Below, in pieces: positions 12,677-27,194 of a stretch of 64,000 nucleotides of DNA. Both the position numbers and the translations under genes were made by a program. Positions within the stretch are counted from its first letter, which is position 1. Each line of letters begins with the position of its first letter. The notes under the pieces were generated by a model. That model was not told the origin of the DNA and made no database searches. It was given only the letters and a program-made list of their open reading frames with translations. The DNA lies in NCBI GenBank assembly GCA_964016885.1, contig OZ024745.1, positions 15,500,001 to 15,564,000 on the forward strand, read 5' to 3'. Origin of the DNA: Eledone cirrhosa (lineage: Eukaryota).

Positions 12677-13807
12677 GTGCATATATACATGAAAAAAATT
12701 CTGCTCCCTATTTATATACATCCCTCCATCGAAGCTGCCATTTAGACCAATACCAATTCAAACTATCCTGGTATACTTCCTTAGCCAATCTTCACACATG
12801 TTACCACGAAAATCTGAATCTATCAAACAAAGTCTACCCTTTTCAATATTTCCACAGTATGTGAATTATTAATTATCTTATTTATTAGTCTCTGACAGTC
12901 TCCCAGCTATGATTTAGCTACGTAGACTGAAGCAACACTGTTGAATAACTTCCCTACATGTGTAGACAAAGGTGCGAAAATATTTATTTAATACTGAAGT
13001 GAAGCGATGTATTTCAATAAAAAATGTTTTTTTTCAAAAAGCTTTTTTATGAGAACCCATGCTAACAATGTAATTCATGGTTGAATGGAAGGAAAGATCT
13101 ACTTGAATAAAGATGTGTTTCAATAAAGATGTGTTTCAATAAAGGTGTGTGTCAATAAAGATGGGTTCGAATAAAAATGTATTTAAATAAAGATGTTATT
13201 CAATTTAATAATGAATTGAATAAATAAAATGTGTTTGGATGAATAACTCGTAAATAATTTGTAAAATGCCATATGACTGATAAATAGCTATTTGCTTCAG
13301 AGAACCTCGTTCTATAAATATACTTATATATATACATGTGTGTGTGTGTGTGTGTGTGTGCGTGTGCGTGTGTGCGTGTGTGTGTGTGCGTGTGTGTGTG
13401 TGTGTCATATCAGAAATATCTCTGTAAACTATAGTGGGTAGCTGAAGAGGTGAACATTGTTTTCCCTGTTGTTTCCGTCTTTCTGTGTCTCATGTATATA
13501 CCGGTGCTTGTTGTCCTAAGTTTGCTATCACAATTTGGTCCATAATATATTGTTCACACTCTTCAATCTGCCACTTTTTCTTCCTTTATCTTTTTCCATC
13601 TTTCTCTTTCTCGCATACTTGTTCTCATTCTTTTGTCTTATTTTTTGTTCCTTTGCCTCACCGTCTTCCCAGAATGCCACTCTCACACCTCTCAGTCCTA
13701 TTTCCTTTCCACCAGTCCCACAACCATTCTCTGACTAAACGCACTCGTGTTCGCATTGTACATATTTCTCTCCTTAATCTATCTTTCTCTTCTTCTATGT
13801 CTCCCTA

Positions 13808-14660
13808 AATTTACCTGTTTCAATATATTTACCTGTCTCTCAATATATTTACCTGTCTCGGTATATTTACCTGTCTCACTATATTTACCTGTCTCGGTAT
13901 ATTTACCTGTTTCACTATTTCACTATATTTACCATCATCTCTGTATATTTACCTGTTTAAATATATTTACTTGTCTCTCAATATATTTACCTGTCTCGGT
14001 ATATTTACCTGTCTCACTACATTTACCATCATCTCTGTATATTTACCTCTTTAAATATATTTACCTGTCTCTCAATATATTTACCTGTCTTGGTATATTT
14101 ACCTGTCTCACTACATTTACCATCCTCTCTGTATATTTACCTGTTTCACTATATTTACCATCCTCTCTGTATATTTACCTGCCTCTGTATATTTACCTGT
14201 CTCACTATATTTACCTGCCTCTGTATATTTACCTGTCTCACTATATTTACCTGCCTCTGTATATTTACCTGTCTCACTATATTTACCTGTCTCTGTACAT
14301 TTACCTGTCTCACTATATTTACCTGCCTGTGTATATTTACCTGCCTCTGTATATTTACCCGTCTCTCTATATTTACCTGTCTCTCTATATTTACCCGTCA
14401 TTGTATATTTACCTGCCTCACTATATTTACCTGCCTCTGTATATTTACCCGTCTCTCTATATTTACCCGTCTCTCTATATTTACCTGTCTCTCTATATTT
14501 ACCTGCCTCTGTATATTTACCTGTCTCACTATATTTACCTGCTTCTGTATATTTACCCGTCTCTCTATATTTACCCGTCTCTCTATATTTACCTGTCTCT
14601 CTATATTTACCTGTCTCTCTATATTTACCTGTCTCTCTATATTTACCTATCTCAATATAT
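13808..14660. repeat. 18-bp minisatellite (TATATTTACCTGTCTCTC), ~45 copies
   Basis: Direct reading. It generates the repetitive 340, 212 and 94 aa ORFs. Confidence 0.95.
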
Positions 14661-15029
14661 TCTTTTGTCTTTTTGTCAACTTATCTATTGTTTCCATCAA
14701 CGTTCTGTTATTGATCATTTCGGTATGAACCGCCAGTTTCTTGCTACTCTGTTGCTACACCTAGTCTAAAATCACTCCCATTTTCTATATTCATTTCTCA
14801 TGTTGTTTATTTCCTAGCGGAGCTTTAAAAGCATCAGATGCAGCTATATCGTCTTATACGTCGAAACTGTGTTGTTACGTAACCTAGAGTAGGTCACTAA
14901 AAAGGTGAACATTGTTTACCGTGTTGTCTTCCTTATTTTCTGTACCTCTTTTATACATGTTTGTCTTCGATAAGCTATATATATACATGTATATATATAT
15001 ACAAACATACATACATACATATATGTGTG

Positions 15030-15133
<104 letters not shown>

Positions 15134-15244
15134 CGTGTGTGTGTGTGTGCGTGTGTGTGTGCAAAAGATAAATGGAAGCATCAAAGCAAACAGCACAGTA
15201 CAATAAAAAGTATATTACTTTAAAGCTTGATATAGAAATTTGTA

Positions 15245-15277
15245 CTTACGTTTCGGACACGAGTTCTTCATCAGAAG
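15245..15277 (-). ncRNA. Minimal HHR-like motif
   Basis: Reverse complement ctt CTGATGA agaactcgtgtcc GAAA c GTA ag; helix I weak. Confidence 0.45.
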
Positions 15278-15373
15278 ATAGAATGAGAAATAAAGAATGA
15301 AACAGAAAATAGAGCTAGAGCAGAGAAAGGAACGGAAAATTAAGAAAAAAAGAAACACGTGTGTATTCAGTCA

Positions 15374-15424
<51 letters not shown>

Positions 15425-15479
15425 CGTTTCTGAATTTGTTTAGCAAGATTCTTTATCTGAAATCGTGTGTTGAAACCGA

Positions 15480-15742
15480 TATTGTTATACTTTGGGAGGG
15501 CCATGTTGCCAATAAGAAACACACGCACCAGTTGCTTTCACTTCAATTTATTATAATAAATTTATAAATTTAGGAATTTATAAATTTCCGGTTGGTTGGT
15601 TGGTTCCACAACCGGATGATTGTTCATATATTGTCAAAGTTCTTTCGTCACACATTCTGTGACCTCTTCAATGACTGGGGATTCTTTTCTTTGTTTTTGT
15701 GCCTATCCTTTGTTCTGTCCTACGCCATCTTATTTTTCGAAA
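15480..15742 (-). mobile_element. Dispersed repeat (probable PLE pLTR) with HHR-like motif 15633-15675; further copies at 19900-20081 and 63428-63682
   Basis: Shared TATACTTTGGGAGGGYCATG..CACGCACCA. Reverse complement gtca TTGAAGA g gtcac..gtgac GAAA gaac TT tgac. Confidence 0.7.
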
Positions 15743-15894
15743 AACTAGATGGCGTAGGACAGAGGGTTCTTGGCCCCACTGTCGGGCTAAATAATTTCTT
15801 TGGTTTCTTTGGTCAAAATGCGGCGATAGCTTACATTTCTAATGGTTTTATATATATATATGTATGTAGGTATGTAAATATATATATATACATG

Positions 15895-16090
15895 TAGAAA
15901 AATGTTTGACCCCGACGGCAGAGCTCAAGCCGTTTCGACGGCTATTTCTGGACTCAGAAATAGCCGTCGAAACGGCTTGAGCTCTGCCGTCGGGGTCAAA
16001 CATTTTCCTAATAACCACTCTACTACCCTAAGTATTGAGTACTCTGGTGCGTTATGGTCCATCAGGTTCCTTACCACACCTCCTTCGTTA
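15895..16090 (+). mobile_element. Naiad-like pLTR 3' end with fold-back palindrome (15895-16010)
   Basis: Same sequence as the outer ends of the 17656-19793 repeat; ends ..CCTTCGTT-(TA)n. Confidence 0.8.
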
Positions 16091-17136
16091 TATACATATA
16101 TATATATATATGAGTGAAGACAGAAAAGTCCCATCTCACCAGTGGAACACTAGAGATACGTTGTTTCTTATGAAAAACATCGTTTATCATCTCTTTAACA
16201 TAATTGTTTTCAACTGAATTCTAGTGAAGATTGTAAATTCGTCCTCTGCTCTTTTATGGCCGTATCCTGGATTTATTACCGACAACTTTGATAAAACTGT
16301 TTTCTCTCAGTGAAAGGTGAAACGGTGACAGGATGGACAAATCAGAGATTAGCTTGGAAATGTTTCTTCAGTGGTTTGTCTTTGTTTATGTTGTCATTCA
16401 GACATTGCTTTCACTTGGCTTCTAAAAGAAGGGAGATAAATCTATATGTTAATGTGAGCAATAGTGAAGACATCAATCTCAACATTAAGAAAGAGACAGT
16501 TTAATCAGAAAGCCAATAGTTCGTGCTTACAATTTAAATGTGCCAATTATTAACTTTAAGGATTCCGAGTGGAGAGCTTGCTGTAAAGCTTGTATTATTC
16601 TTGAATAACTTTAAATAAAACAGGCACAGCTCTATTTATTCATGGATCATCTAAATAGGTGTTAGTATAATCACGGTAAAGGAATTTTCAGCCGGTCGGG
16701 AGACTGCGGGATAAATGAAAATTGTTAAACTGTAAACGATGTTAAGAATACATGAGATAATGTTTCAGACATAATGCTTTTGTAAAACAAGATGAAAATA
16801 TTTAATTTCTGTAGAAATAATTGCTGTCTGGTGAAACATATTTAAATGTATTTGAATGTTTGTGTGTGTGATTCTGTGTTTCTGTGTGATCATACAACCG
16901 TGAATATAGAAGAGTTCCCTATTATATGTTGACACTCTCCCAAAACAATATATAATTATTTCCTAATTTTCACAGATCTTATTAAATGCAGAGCTCCTTT
17001 AGTGCCAGATTCCACCGGTAATCCATATTATTCAGGTGCTAAAGGAAACGACTGCTTTATAATAATGTGGTCAGGTGTTTATTGTGAGGCCATTGAACAC
17101 ATCTGGAAGAACTTTTGAAATCCAATTTGTATTTCT

Positions 17137-17214
<78 letters not shown>

Positions 17215-17373
17215 CCCCCCTCTCTCTCTCTCTCTCTTTCTCTGTATATATATATCTAAAATTAATTAAATTAAATTAGATTAAGGGAGTCATGTCCGAG
17301 ACATGCGCCATATCCACCGCAGAATAAGCTCAAAGATTCCAATGGATAGATCCGAGCATTTTATATCAACTAG

Positions 17374-17522
17374 AAATTGATTGACATATATATATTTAAA
17401 ATAAACACATGAAACAATCACAGGGGATAATTAACATAACTGTGTGTGATTACACACTGTACAAATTATCCCCTGTGATTGTTTCATGTGTTTATTTTAA
17501 ATATATGTATGTCAATCAATTT
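17374..17522. repeat. Inverted repeat, ~58-bp arms
   Basis: AAATTGATTGACATAT..GGGGATAATT / AATTATCCCC..GTCAATCAATTT. Confidence 0.85.
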
Positions 17523-17541
17523 ATAGTATATATATATATAT

Positions 17542-17577
<36 letters not shown>

Positions 17578-17579
<2 letters not shown>

Positions 17580-19788
17580 CGAAGGAAATGTGGTAAGGAA
17601 CCAGGTGGACCATAACGCACCAAAGTACTCAATACTTGAGGTAGTAGAGTGGGTAATAGGAACCAGTAAGACCCCGACAGCTGAGCTCAAGCCGTTTCGA
17701 CGGCTAATTCTGGACTAAATGAAAATTTATCCTGGTATTTAAATAGCCGATCTTCTCAAGGGGTAATTCCATATATGGTCAAAGTGATTGTCAAAAATCA
17801 GTAGTAATTCTGTGGTTGCAAATTAGTAGGGGAGATGGTGGCTAAACCTGCCAGTAGGAGAAAGAGGGGAGGGGGTGGAGTAGACCCAATCAAGCGTTGG
17901 TAGTGCCAGCTACAGCTGGGCATGAGGTCAAAGAAGATACAGGGGAGGGGGAGGGGGAGGAAGTCGGAACGGTAGGTAGAACAATGGGGGGTAGAAATAG
18001 GAAAGAAAAAATACTGAGAGTGAAGAAAAGCAAATAAGTGTAAAGAAAAAAGTAAAGTAAATTAAATTCTACGACCTAGGTGTCAGGCTATTGTTAGGCG
18101 AGAATAAAATAAAGAAAGAAAGAAGTAAATAAATAAATAAATAAATAAGGAAATAAGTAAAAGAACTAGGTGGGACGGAATAGGCAAGGACCCTTTTAAG
18201 AGGTATAAGTACGTAAATGATACGGTGACGGGTCAACAAAAGGGGCCAAAATACTAAAGAGACTACCACGAAATAAACAATAAAGGTTTCCATCCTGGGC
18301 CAGCAACGACCCAGTGCAGCAAAGTGAACTTGTACGAGATAATAATTCTGAGTCCCGAGAAAAATATATACTAATGCTAACTCTAAAAGATCTAAAACAA
18401 GCTACATGAAAGTTCGTACGAAATAAAGGTAGAATACGGAAAAATAAATTCAGAATCCACCCCGCCCAGAAGAAGAGCGAAGCAAGAAATACTGAAACGA
18501 AAAAATAAGGCATAAGTGCCACTAAGAAATATAGAGGGCACAGAGAATAGTGGGAGCGGTCGGAAAAAGGGGGCAAGTATCCGGGGTCTAAGCCAACTGC
18601 TATAAAGGGCGGAATCCGCCAAATCTATCATAGACTAGGGGAGGGGGTGGTGGGGGTACTAAGGCTACATGGGTACTAAGGCCATATGGGACCTCAAGAA
18701 TTGGCTCTGGACAGTAATCTCCAAGTGAGATCATAGGTGATGTTGTTGTCCTTGAGGTCCCATATGGCCTTAGTACCCATGTAGCCTTAGTACCCCCACC
18801 ACCCCCTCCCCTAGTCTATGATAGATTTGGCGGATTCCGCCCTTTATAGCAGTTGGCTTAGACCCCGGATACTTGCCCCCTTTTTCCGACCGCTCCCACT
18901 ATTCTCTGTGCCCTCTATATTTCTTAGTGGCACTTATGCCTTATTTTTTCGTTTCAGTATTTCTTGCTTCGCTCTTCTTCTGGGCGGGGTGGATTCTGAA
19001 TTTATTTTTCCGTATTCTACCTTTATTTCGTACGAACTTTCATGTAGCTTGTTTTAGATCTTTTAGAGTTAGCATTAGTATATATTTTTCTCGGGACTCA
19101 GAATTATTATCTCGTACAAGTTCACTTTGCTGCACTGGGTCGTTGCTGGCCCAGGATGGAAACCTTTATTGTTTATTTCGTGGTAGTCTCTTTAGTATTT
19201 TGGCCCCTTTTGTTGACCCGTCACCGTATCATTTACGTACTTATACCTCTTAAAAGGGTCCTTGCCTATTCCGTCCCACCTAGTTCTTTTACTTATTTCC
19301 TTATTTATTTATTTATTTATTTACTTCTTTCTTTCTTTATTTTATTCTCGCCTAACAATAGCCTGACACCTAGGTCGTAGAATTTAATTTACTTTACTTT
19401 TTTCTTTACACTTATTTGCTTTTCTTCACTCTCAGTATTTTTTCTTTCCTATTTCTACCCCCCATTGTTCTACCTACCGTTCCGACTTCCTCCCCCTCCC
19501 CCTCCCCTGTATCTTCTTTGACCTCATGCCCAGCTGTAGCTGGCACTACCAACGCTTGATTGGGTCTACTCCACCCCCTCCCCTCTTTCTCCTACTGGCA
19601 GGTTTAGCCACCATCTCCCCTACTAATTTGCAACCACAGAATTACTACTGATTTTTGACAATCACTTTGACCATATATGGAATTACCCCTTGAGAAGATC
19701 GGCTATTTAAATACCAGGATAAATTTTCATTTAGTCCAGAATTAGCCGTCGAAACGGCTTGAGCTCAGCTGTCGGGGTCTTACTGGTT

Positions 19789-19793
<5 letters not shown>
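17578..19793. mobile_element. PLE pLTR-only insertion forming a long inverted repeat (arms 17656-18698 and 18751-19793, 52-bp spacer)
   Basis: Mirror ORFs are identical and coordinates sum to 37449. (TA)n on both sides and an HHR near each outer end. Confidence 0.9.
19685..19778 (+). ncRNA. Type-I HHR, U3:A8 variant (mirror copy 17671-17764 on minus)
   Basis: acccc TTGAGAA gatcggcta..tagccgtc GAAA cggct tgagctc agctg TC ggggt; all three helices pair. Confidence 0.8.
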
Positions 19794-19844
<51 letters not shown>

Positions 19845-19849
19845 GTATA

Positions 19850-19884
<35 letters not shown>

Positions 19885-20088
19885 AACACACAAAAACAAA
19901 ATAGTGTAGGACAGAACAAAGAAGAGACACAAAATAACAAATTAGTCGGTGAGGAAATAGTTTTGACACTAAACAAACAACCATACGGTTAAAAACCAAC
20001 CAACTGGAAATTTGTAATAAATTGAAGTGAAAATCAGTGGTGCGTGGGTTTTTATTGGCAGCATGACCCTCCCAAAGTATACACACGC

Positions 20089-20260
<172 letters not shown>

Positions 20261-21062
20261 GTATATAGTTTAAAGTAGGTGGAATTGTGCGCAGATAATA
20301 TATTAGTCAATTATATTTCAACACATCTTGAAATAAACCGTTAAAACAAGATAGTGTTACTTTTACATTACTTTTACATTCACTGGTGGCACAATGGAAC
20401 TTGTTAGTCTTCTACCGTTTAAGGGAAATGAGACATGTCGAATGGTATTATTTCCTATTTCTTGGTTTTGCAGCCAAACGTTTCTTAAAATACTTTACTA
20501 AAAATATATTATTGAAGAAACTACGAAAAGCAAAGAACAAAAAGATAATTTGGAATCTCTCTCACACTCATATATTATCCAATTGTCTTCTGTATGAAGG
20601 AACATCTAGTGAAGATAGTGGTTTAAAGGATAGGAAAAAGCAAGACTAAGAAACATTTGTCTGAAATAACTTTACTGAATCTATCATGCCATTTGATCAT
20701 TTTATATGGCACTATCAGTAACTCGATCAACACCGAATCTATTACCTTTGGTTACTGCTTTGTTCCTAAACCATTCTTTCATGTTTAACACATTCATGAG
20801 AATATATTTCCTCTAAACACCAACAAATCTACAGTCTCTGGCAGCTTACCAACATCTGCATTCATTTATCGTCTGCTACAATCAAACGGTATTCCTATTC
20901 AAACATTTCAAACGGCTCTTCCCCATATTTATCTGACAGTGTGAAGACGTTGCACTGATACAACGTTACCAAGATCGTTCTCATCCTTAAATGTATTTTA
21001 GACTCACGAGACTACGATGAAGAAATTATCACTGCATCTTGACATTTATTTCTACGGCTTTT

Positions 21063-21102
<40 letters not shown>

Positions 21103-21179
21103 TATTTCTTTCTTTATTTATTTATTTATTTCTTCTTCTTCTTCTTCTTCTTCTTCTTCTTCTTCTTCTTCTTCTTCTT

Positions 21180-21210
<31 letters not shown>

Positions 21211-21346
21211 AAACTGCGTGAAGCATCAATTAAATGACAGAAATGTGTAGATATACATCCATCTGGCTGTATAGAAGTAGGGACTTCTATTCAAGTGTGT
21301 GCTTATATATATATATATATAAATACACTATATATATATATACACA

Positions 21347-21386
<40 letters not shown>

Positions 21387-21389
<3 letters not shown>

Positions 21390-21584
21390 GCTACCCCTTC
21401 CCCCACTAATTTGCCATCACAGAATTACTACTAACTTGTGACCAATCCTTGTGACAATCACTTTGACCATATATGGAATTACCCCTTGAGAAGCTCGGCT
21501 ATTTAAATACCAGGATAAATTTTCATTTAGTCCAGTATTAGCCGTCGAAACGGCTTGAGCTCAGCCGTCGGGGTCTTACTGGTT

Positions 21585-21590
<6 letters not shown>
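21387..21590 (+). mobile_element. pLTR fragment with a complete U3:A8 HHR (21481-21574) between (TA)n tracts
   Basis: Homologous to 19603-19793; helix III cggct/agccg is fully paired. Confidence 0.85.
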
Positions 21591-21628
<38 letters not shown>

Positions 21629-21799
21629 TTAAAACAATGAAATAAAAAATGAAGTCATTGTTTTAACTTATATCATGACTGTTTTCCTTTTAATGTTTTA
21701 TTGTTTTCCGGGATTTATTTTAACCTAAAACATTTTCAACATATGGATTACATTGAGTTCTTCATGCAGACAAGACCCCCACAACTTACCGTGGATATC

Positions 21800-21846
<47 letters not shown>

Positions 21847-21875
21847 GTATATATACATATATATACATATATATG

Positions 21876-21956
<81 letters not shown>

Positions 21957-21970
21957 ATTCATAGAATCGA

Positions 21971-22065
21971 GACATATCTGAGGATCTTGCGATTTCAGAG
22001 TCAGCTTTGATCATTGCATCGATCGTGCCTCGAGCTGGTCGCCAGAGAAACGAATGCAATATGTC
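21971..22065 (+). ncRNA. HHR-like motif with a mutated cleavage triplet
   Basis: gacatat CTGAGGA tcttgcga..gtcgccaga GAAA cgaatg CA atatgtc; 7-bp helix I. Confidence 0.6.
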
Positions 22066-22245
22066 TAATAAATCTTATTCGTAGCACCACTGATTCTCCG
22101 TTTCTTATGTGATATATATGTATATACAATTTAATATCATTGAATATTTACTCCAGGAACTTGTTGAGTGCTCTAAATCAGTTATAAACATTTATATTTA
22201 TATTTGTCGGATTTCCCACAAATTAAATACCCCTTCTACTCTACT

Positions 22246-22277
<32 letters not shown>

Positions 22278-22313
22278 TGCATATATATATATATATGTGT
22301 ATATTGTATATTT

Positions 22314-22377
<64 letters not shown>

Positions 22378-22942
22378 AGGAAATCTTATAATATTGTAAC
22401 GAGTGTTTGATGAATGTCGTTGATTTTTATTACATTAATGCAGGAAGCTGCTGTGTATTAAATGTAAAGCATTTGAATTTTACAAATAAATATGATACGG
22501 AAATAAAAGTGTTCATTACGAGTTAATGACCCGTATCTTCAACCAAATAGTTTTATAGATCTATGTAAGGTTGTTGTTGTTTTTATTATTTGATTGTTGA
22601 CAATAAGTTAATACAAAAAGATCCACAAACGGACAGAAATTAAATAACGGTAACTGAGAGAGAATAAGCCTGAAAGAACAAGAAAATAAATGAATGCTCT
22701 CAGAAAACTGAAACATTTAAAACTAGACAGTGAAAAACAACCGTGCTTAGCCGTTGCCTCAGCCATAACTACTGCAACTGTTAATATCTAAATAACAGTC
22801 GTTTGTTGGGTTATATTTATATACAATGGCGGACTGGTCAGGTCGTCAGTTTACCTTGTAAGTGTTGAAGAAGAAGAAGAAGAAGAAGAAGAAGAAGAAG
22901 AAGAAGAAGAAGAAGAAGAAGAAGAAGAAGAAGAAGAAGAAG

Positions 22943-22973
<31 letters not shown>

Positions 22974-23899
22974 TGGCTCTGCTCTGCTCGCCTCGTTAGT
23001 TCTAGCTGTGTGTGTTTGGTTATCACTAGCTTCGGCATCGCATGGCTCTGCCTTGCTTTGCTTGCCCCGCTAGTTCTAGGCTATGTGTCTTTAGCTATAA
23101 CTTATTTATTTATTGTCAAAGCTCCTTCTTCACACTTCCTGTGAAGTCGTCAGTGACAAATTTGTTATTTTATATATACCTTCATCATCTCAGTAATACT
23201 TTCAAAATGGATTTCTTTGTTTCTATTTTACTAGTTTACTGTCACTGCTTAAAGGTGCACTTATCCGTTGAATTCTGAACCACCTACATGTTAGTTCACA
23301 AACTAGACGTTCCGTTAACCACAGCCGAATACCCATCGTCGAAAACGATGAAAGATCCATCATATATTTTCTATAATATATAATTGATGTTATATAATAG
23401 ATATTATATAAAAGACAATATATAATCGACATCATATAATAGATAATATATAATAGACGTTTATAATATAAAATATGTAATAAATTATATATAATAGACG
23501 TTATATATTAGGTAATGTATAATAAACGTTGAAGACAGTGAAGATTTTTCTACCTTCTACTCTCTTCAATAACTATTCGGTTTAACAATAGCTGTTCATG
23601 ATATCTATACATACCCTTCTTATATCCTTTACCTCCTCTACTAAATTATATTATAATATTTCTGATGAAACCCGAACCCATTAGAGAATATAAATGCTAA
23701 AGCATCAGTATGTAGTTTCGGTGTTCTCCTGGTGTTTAGTTTTGGTTTTGTGCTGTTGCTCAGATAATCGATATTGTTTTCGTCTCTAGTAACCTACCGG
23801 CTGTTCATTCCAATATATGTATTAATAATCCATTGACTGTTGTTGCTGTTTCAAACACCAAATATACTTGTTATGTACTTTAGCTAAACAGTGAGAATT

Positions 23900-24780
23900 T
23901 ATTAATTTTCCACGTCTTCAACTTACTAGAAGTCTTCGTTGTTAGAACATCTTCTCTATTTATACTCGGCCATCATTCTGCTGACATTGTGTTTATCTTG
24001 CTCTTTACTTATCCTTTATATATTTTTATCATATATATTTGGCTTTCTCATATTGTTTTCTCAATGTGGTTGGATTTATATCAGATTTATATAGGTTTGT
24101 CTATCCGTTTTTCCACAATGAAAGTTTTCTTTTTTTCTTTTTATAAATGTATTGCTTCAAGTTTATTTTGCATTTGGTTTCAGATATGGTAGTATGTTGG
24201 AGGAAAGAGACAAGGTTTATCAAAATGCCTTATCAGACATATTTTTACTATGTTGATTCGATTTACAACATTTTTCACTTCCGAGATATCCTCCATTTTC
24301 TTCGTATTGTGTGTGTGTGGGGGGGGGGTATGTGAGTGTGTGTATGTGAGTGTGTGTGTGTGTGTGAGTGTGTGTGTATGTGAGAGAGTCTGTGTGAGTG
24401 TGTGTGTGTAAGTGTGTGTATGTGTGTATGTTTTTCATTCGATCTCGTTGTTAATCGATATTGAATTATATAGTTTCTTTCCACTGCTTTTGGTGGGCTT
24501 ATGTGATTGCTGACTTACATTATGAGGGTTGGCATACCAGTTGGCATCGATATTGTCATGGCAACAGAGTAAATTAGGTTATCGGTGTACAGGTTTGTTT
24601 GTATAGAAAGACTTTCTTTGACAACCTGAAGATTTTTGTTTACTAATAACTTGGAAATGTATTTCTATTGATCCATGCTGATAGATTTTCTTAAGCTCAA
24701 TTCTCCAAATATTTTCTATTGTTCACTCATTGATGTCTCCATTTTAGTTATGTTATGTTGCATGTTGTCTTCTATTTATT
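23900..24780 (-). pseudogene. Possible highly degraded PLE RT/GIY-YIG remnant
   Basis: Only short reverse-strand peptides (IQTNLYTD near 24590; GKTDRQ near 24110). Confidence 0.25.
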
Positions 24781-26110
24781 GTGGATTGACGCAGGCACCG
24801 CTGAGTGTTTAAGAAGTTCGTTTCAAGATAATGAGGTCCCAGGTTCGAGTCCGCTTCGTGACATCTTGAACATACGTCTTTACAACAGTCTCAAGTCGAT
24901 CTAAGCTTTGTGAGTGAAACTAAAAATACAAATACTGAGCGGAAGCTCATCGGGTGGATTGTACCCGTAATTAAATCTTTCTTCTTTGCCACGTATTGTA
25001 TTGAGCTGGTTCAGCTTGAGAATTATTATACGACAAGGGTGCATTTGCTTCTAGCATACTCAACCACTTGCATCTTACTTCACTAGTTCAGTTGATCGAA
25101 CAACTGAATGACCGTCGTTGATATCGACGAAGGATCCATCATTTATTTCAGGTGTGCCATATTGTTTTAAAAGATGGAGAATTGACAGAGTGGTTAGAAC
25201 GTCGGATACAATACTTTGCGGTATTTGTTTCGGCTCCCTGCTCCCTAAACATCCCACCGTGGTCAACTTTGTCTTTCATCCATTCGAGGTCGATAAAAAA
25301 ATAGCAGTCTAGTACTGAGTTCGATCCTCCTGTCCAGCTAACCTCAGTTTCCTCTGTGTCACTTTTGAGCTGACTTTTGGGAATCTGGTCCTTATATAGA
25401 CAACTTGTATATACACACATCTATATACATTCCTACATACATACATGCGTACATATATACATACATACATATACACACACACACATATATATATACATAC
25501 ATACATATATATATGTATGTATATTTATATATATATATACATACAAACATATACAGATAGATATATATGTAACATTCATAACAAAGGATGATTTTGTAAA
25601 GCATGTATATATAATGAAGGTGACGACGTAATTATACATCTAAAGATGGATGTTAGAGAATACAGTGTATTTACTTCCTGATATGTCTCTAGGGGCTACA
25701 TTAAAGTGCCTTTATGAATATTAAATATGCTTTAGAATAAAGGCAAGGTTAATTTACTAGTAATCTGTCTGCACGGAACATCTTGAGAATTGTTCCGATC
25801 AATAATAAAATTTCACTGACTTCTTCGAATGGCTCGGCAACATTTCCAACAATAATGAATTCTTTGCTATCAATGAGTTGCTATTGACTACAAGCGTCAT
25901 GTAATTTGAAAGACGTTTAAACAAAATTTAGGTGCCATGTTCCCCCTGTGGCTGAAGGCAGCCATTTCCTTTTATCGTCAGTCCAAATAAAGTTTTGTTA
26001 TCTAAGACAATGATTAATGGTAATATGGCAATGGAGGTGTGTATTTTATGTGTGTAGACAATTCCACATACTTTGAATAATCAGTATAATATATATAATT
26101 TCATACTGAT

Positions 26111-26243
<133 letters not shown>

Positions 26244-26355
26244 GTGTGCGTGTGTGTGCGTGTGTGTATGTATGTGTGTGTGTTTGTGTGTGTGTGTGTA
26301 ATAAGTATTTATATGTATGTATATGTATGCATTTATGTATCTATATATGTTTGTA

Positions 26356-26426
<71 letters not shown>

Positions 26427-26616
26427 ATATATATGTGTGTCTGTGTGTATGTATATATGTATGTTTGTAGAAATGTATATAGATGTGTGTGTATGTATGT
26501 ATATATGTACGCATGTATGTAGGAATGTATATAGATGTGTGTATAAAAAAGTTGTCTCTATAATGACCAGATTCGTCTTCTGTTACTGCTTAAAACTGAA
26601 TCATTTCATTATTTCT

Positions 26617-26874
26617 GGATTGGCAGTATCGGTAGAGGGTTGGACGCCTTTCTGAGTTCAAATCCCGCCAAGGTTAACTTTGCCTTTCATCCTTACGGGG
26701 TCGATAAAATAAAGTACCAGTAATGCACTGGGTAATTGCTGGCCTTGTGCCTAACGTAGAAACAATTATTTCTGTTAAAGCCAGTGAAATAAATATTTCT
26801 ACTTTTGGCACAAGTCCAGCAAATACCCAGCGCATTACTGGTACTTTATTTTATCGACCCCGTAAGGATGAAAG
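26617..26874. mobile_element. SINE A (+) followed by an inverted partial SINE A (-)
   Basis: Core at 26672-26770 and its reverse complement at 26795-26874. Confidence 0.8.
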
Positions 26875-26917
26875 ACATACATATATATATATATATTTAT
26901 ATAAATATATATATATG

Positions 26918-27106
<189 letters not shown>

Positions 27107-27121
27107 GTGTGTATATATATG

Positions 27122-27194
<73 letters not shown>

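Noticed and set aside
13747-14769. 340-aa and 212-aa ORFs
   Set aside because: Translation of an 18-bp minisatellite lacking stops.
18069-19380. Duplicated hydrophobic ORFs as membrane proteins
   Set aside because: T-rich pLTR sequence mirrored by the inverted repeat; no protein motifs.
23128-23160. HHR-like CTGACGA plus hairpin on minus (similar partial motifs at 36255 and 62500)
   Set aside because: Missing the GAAA/UH half or helix I.
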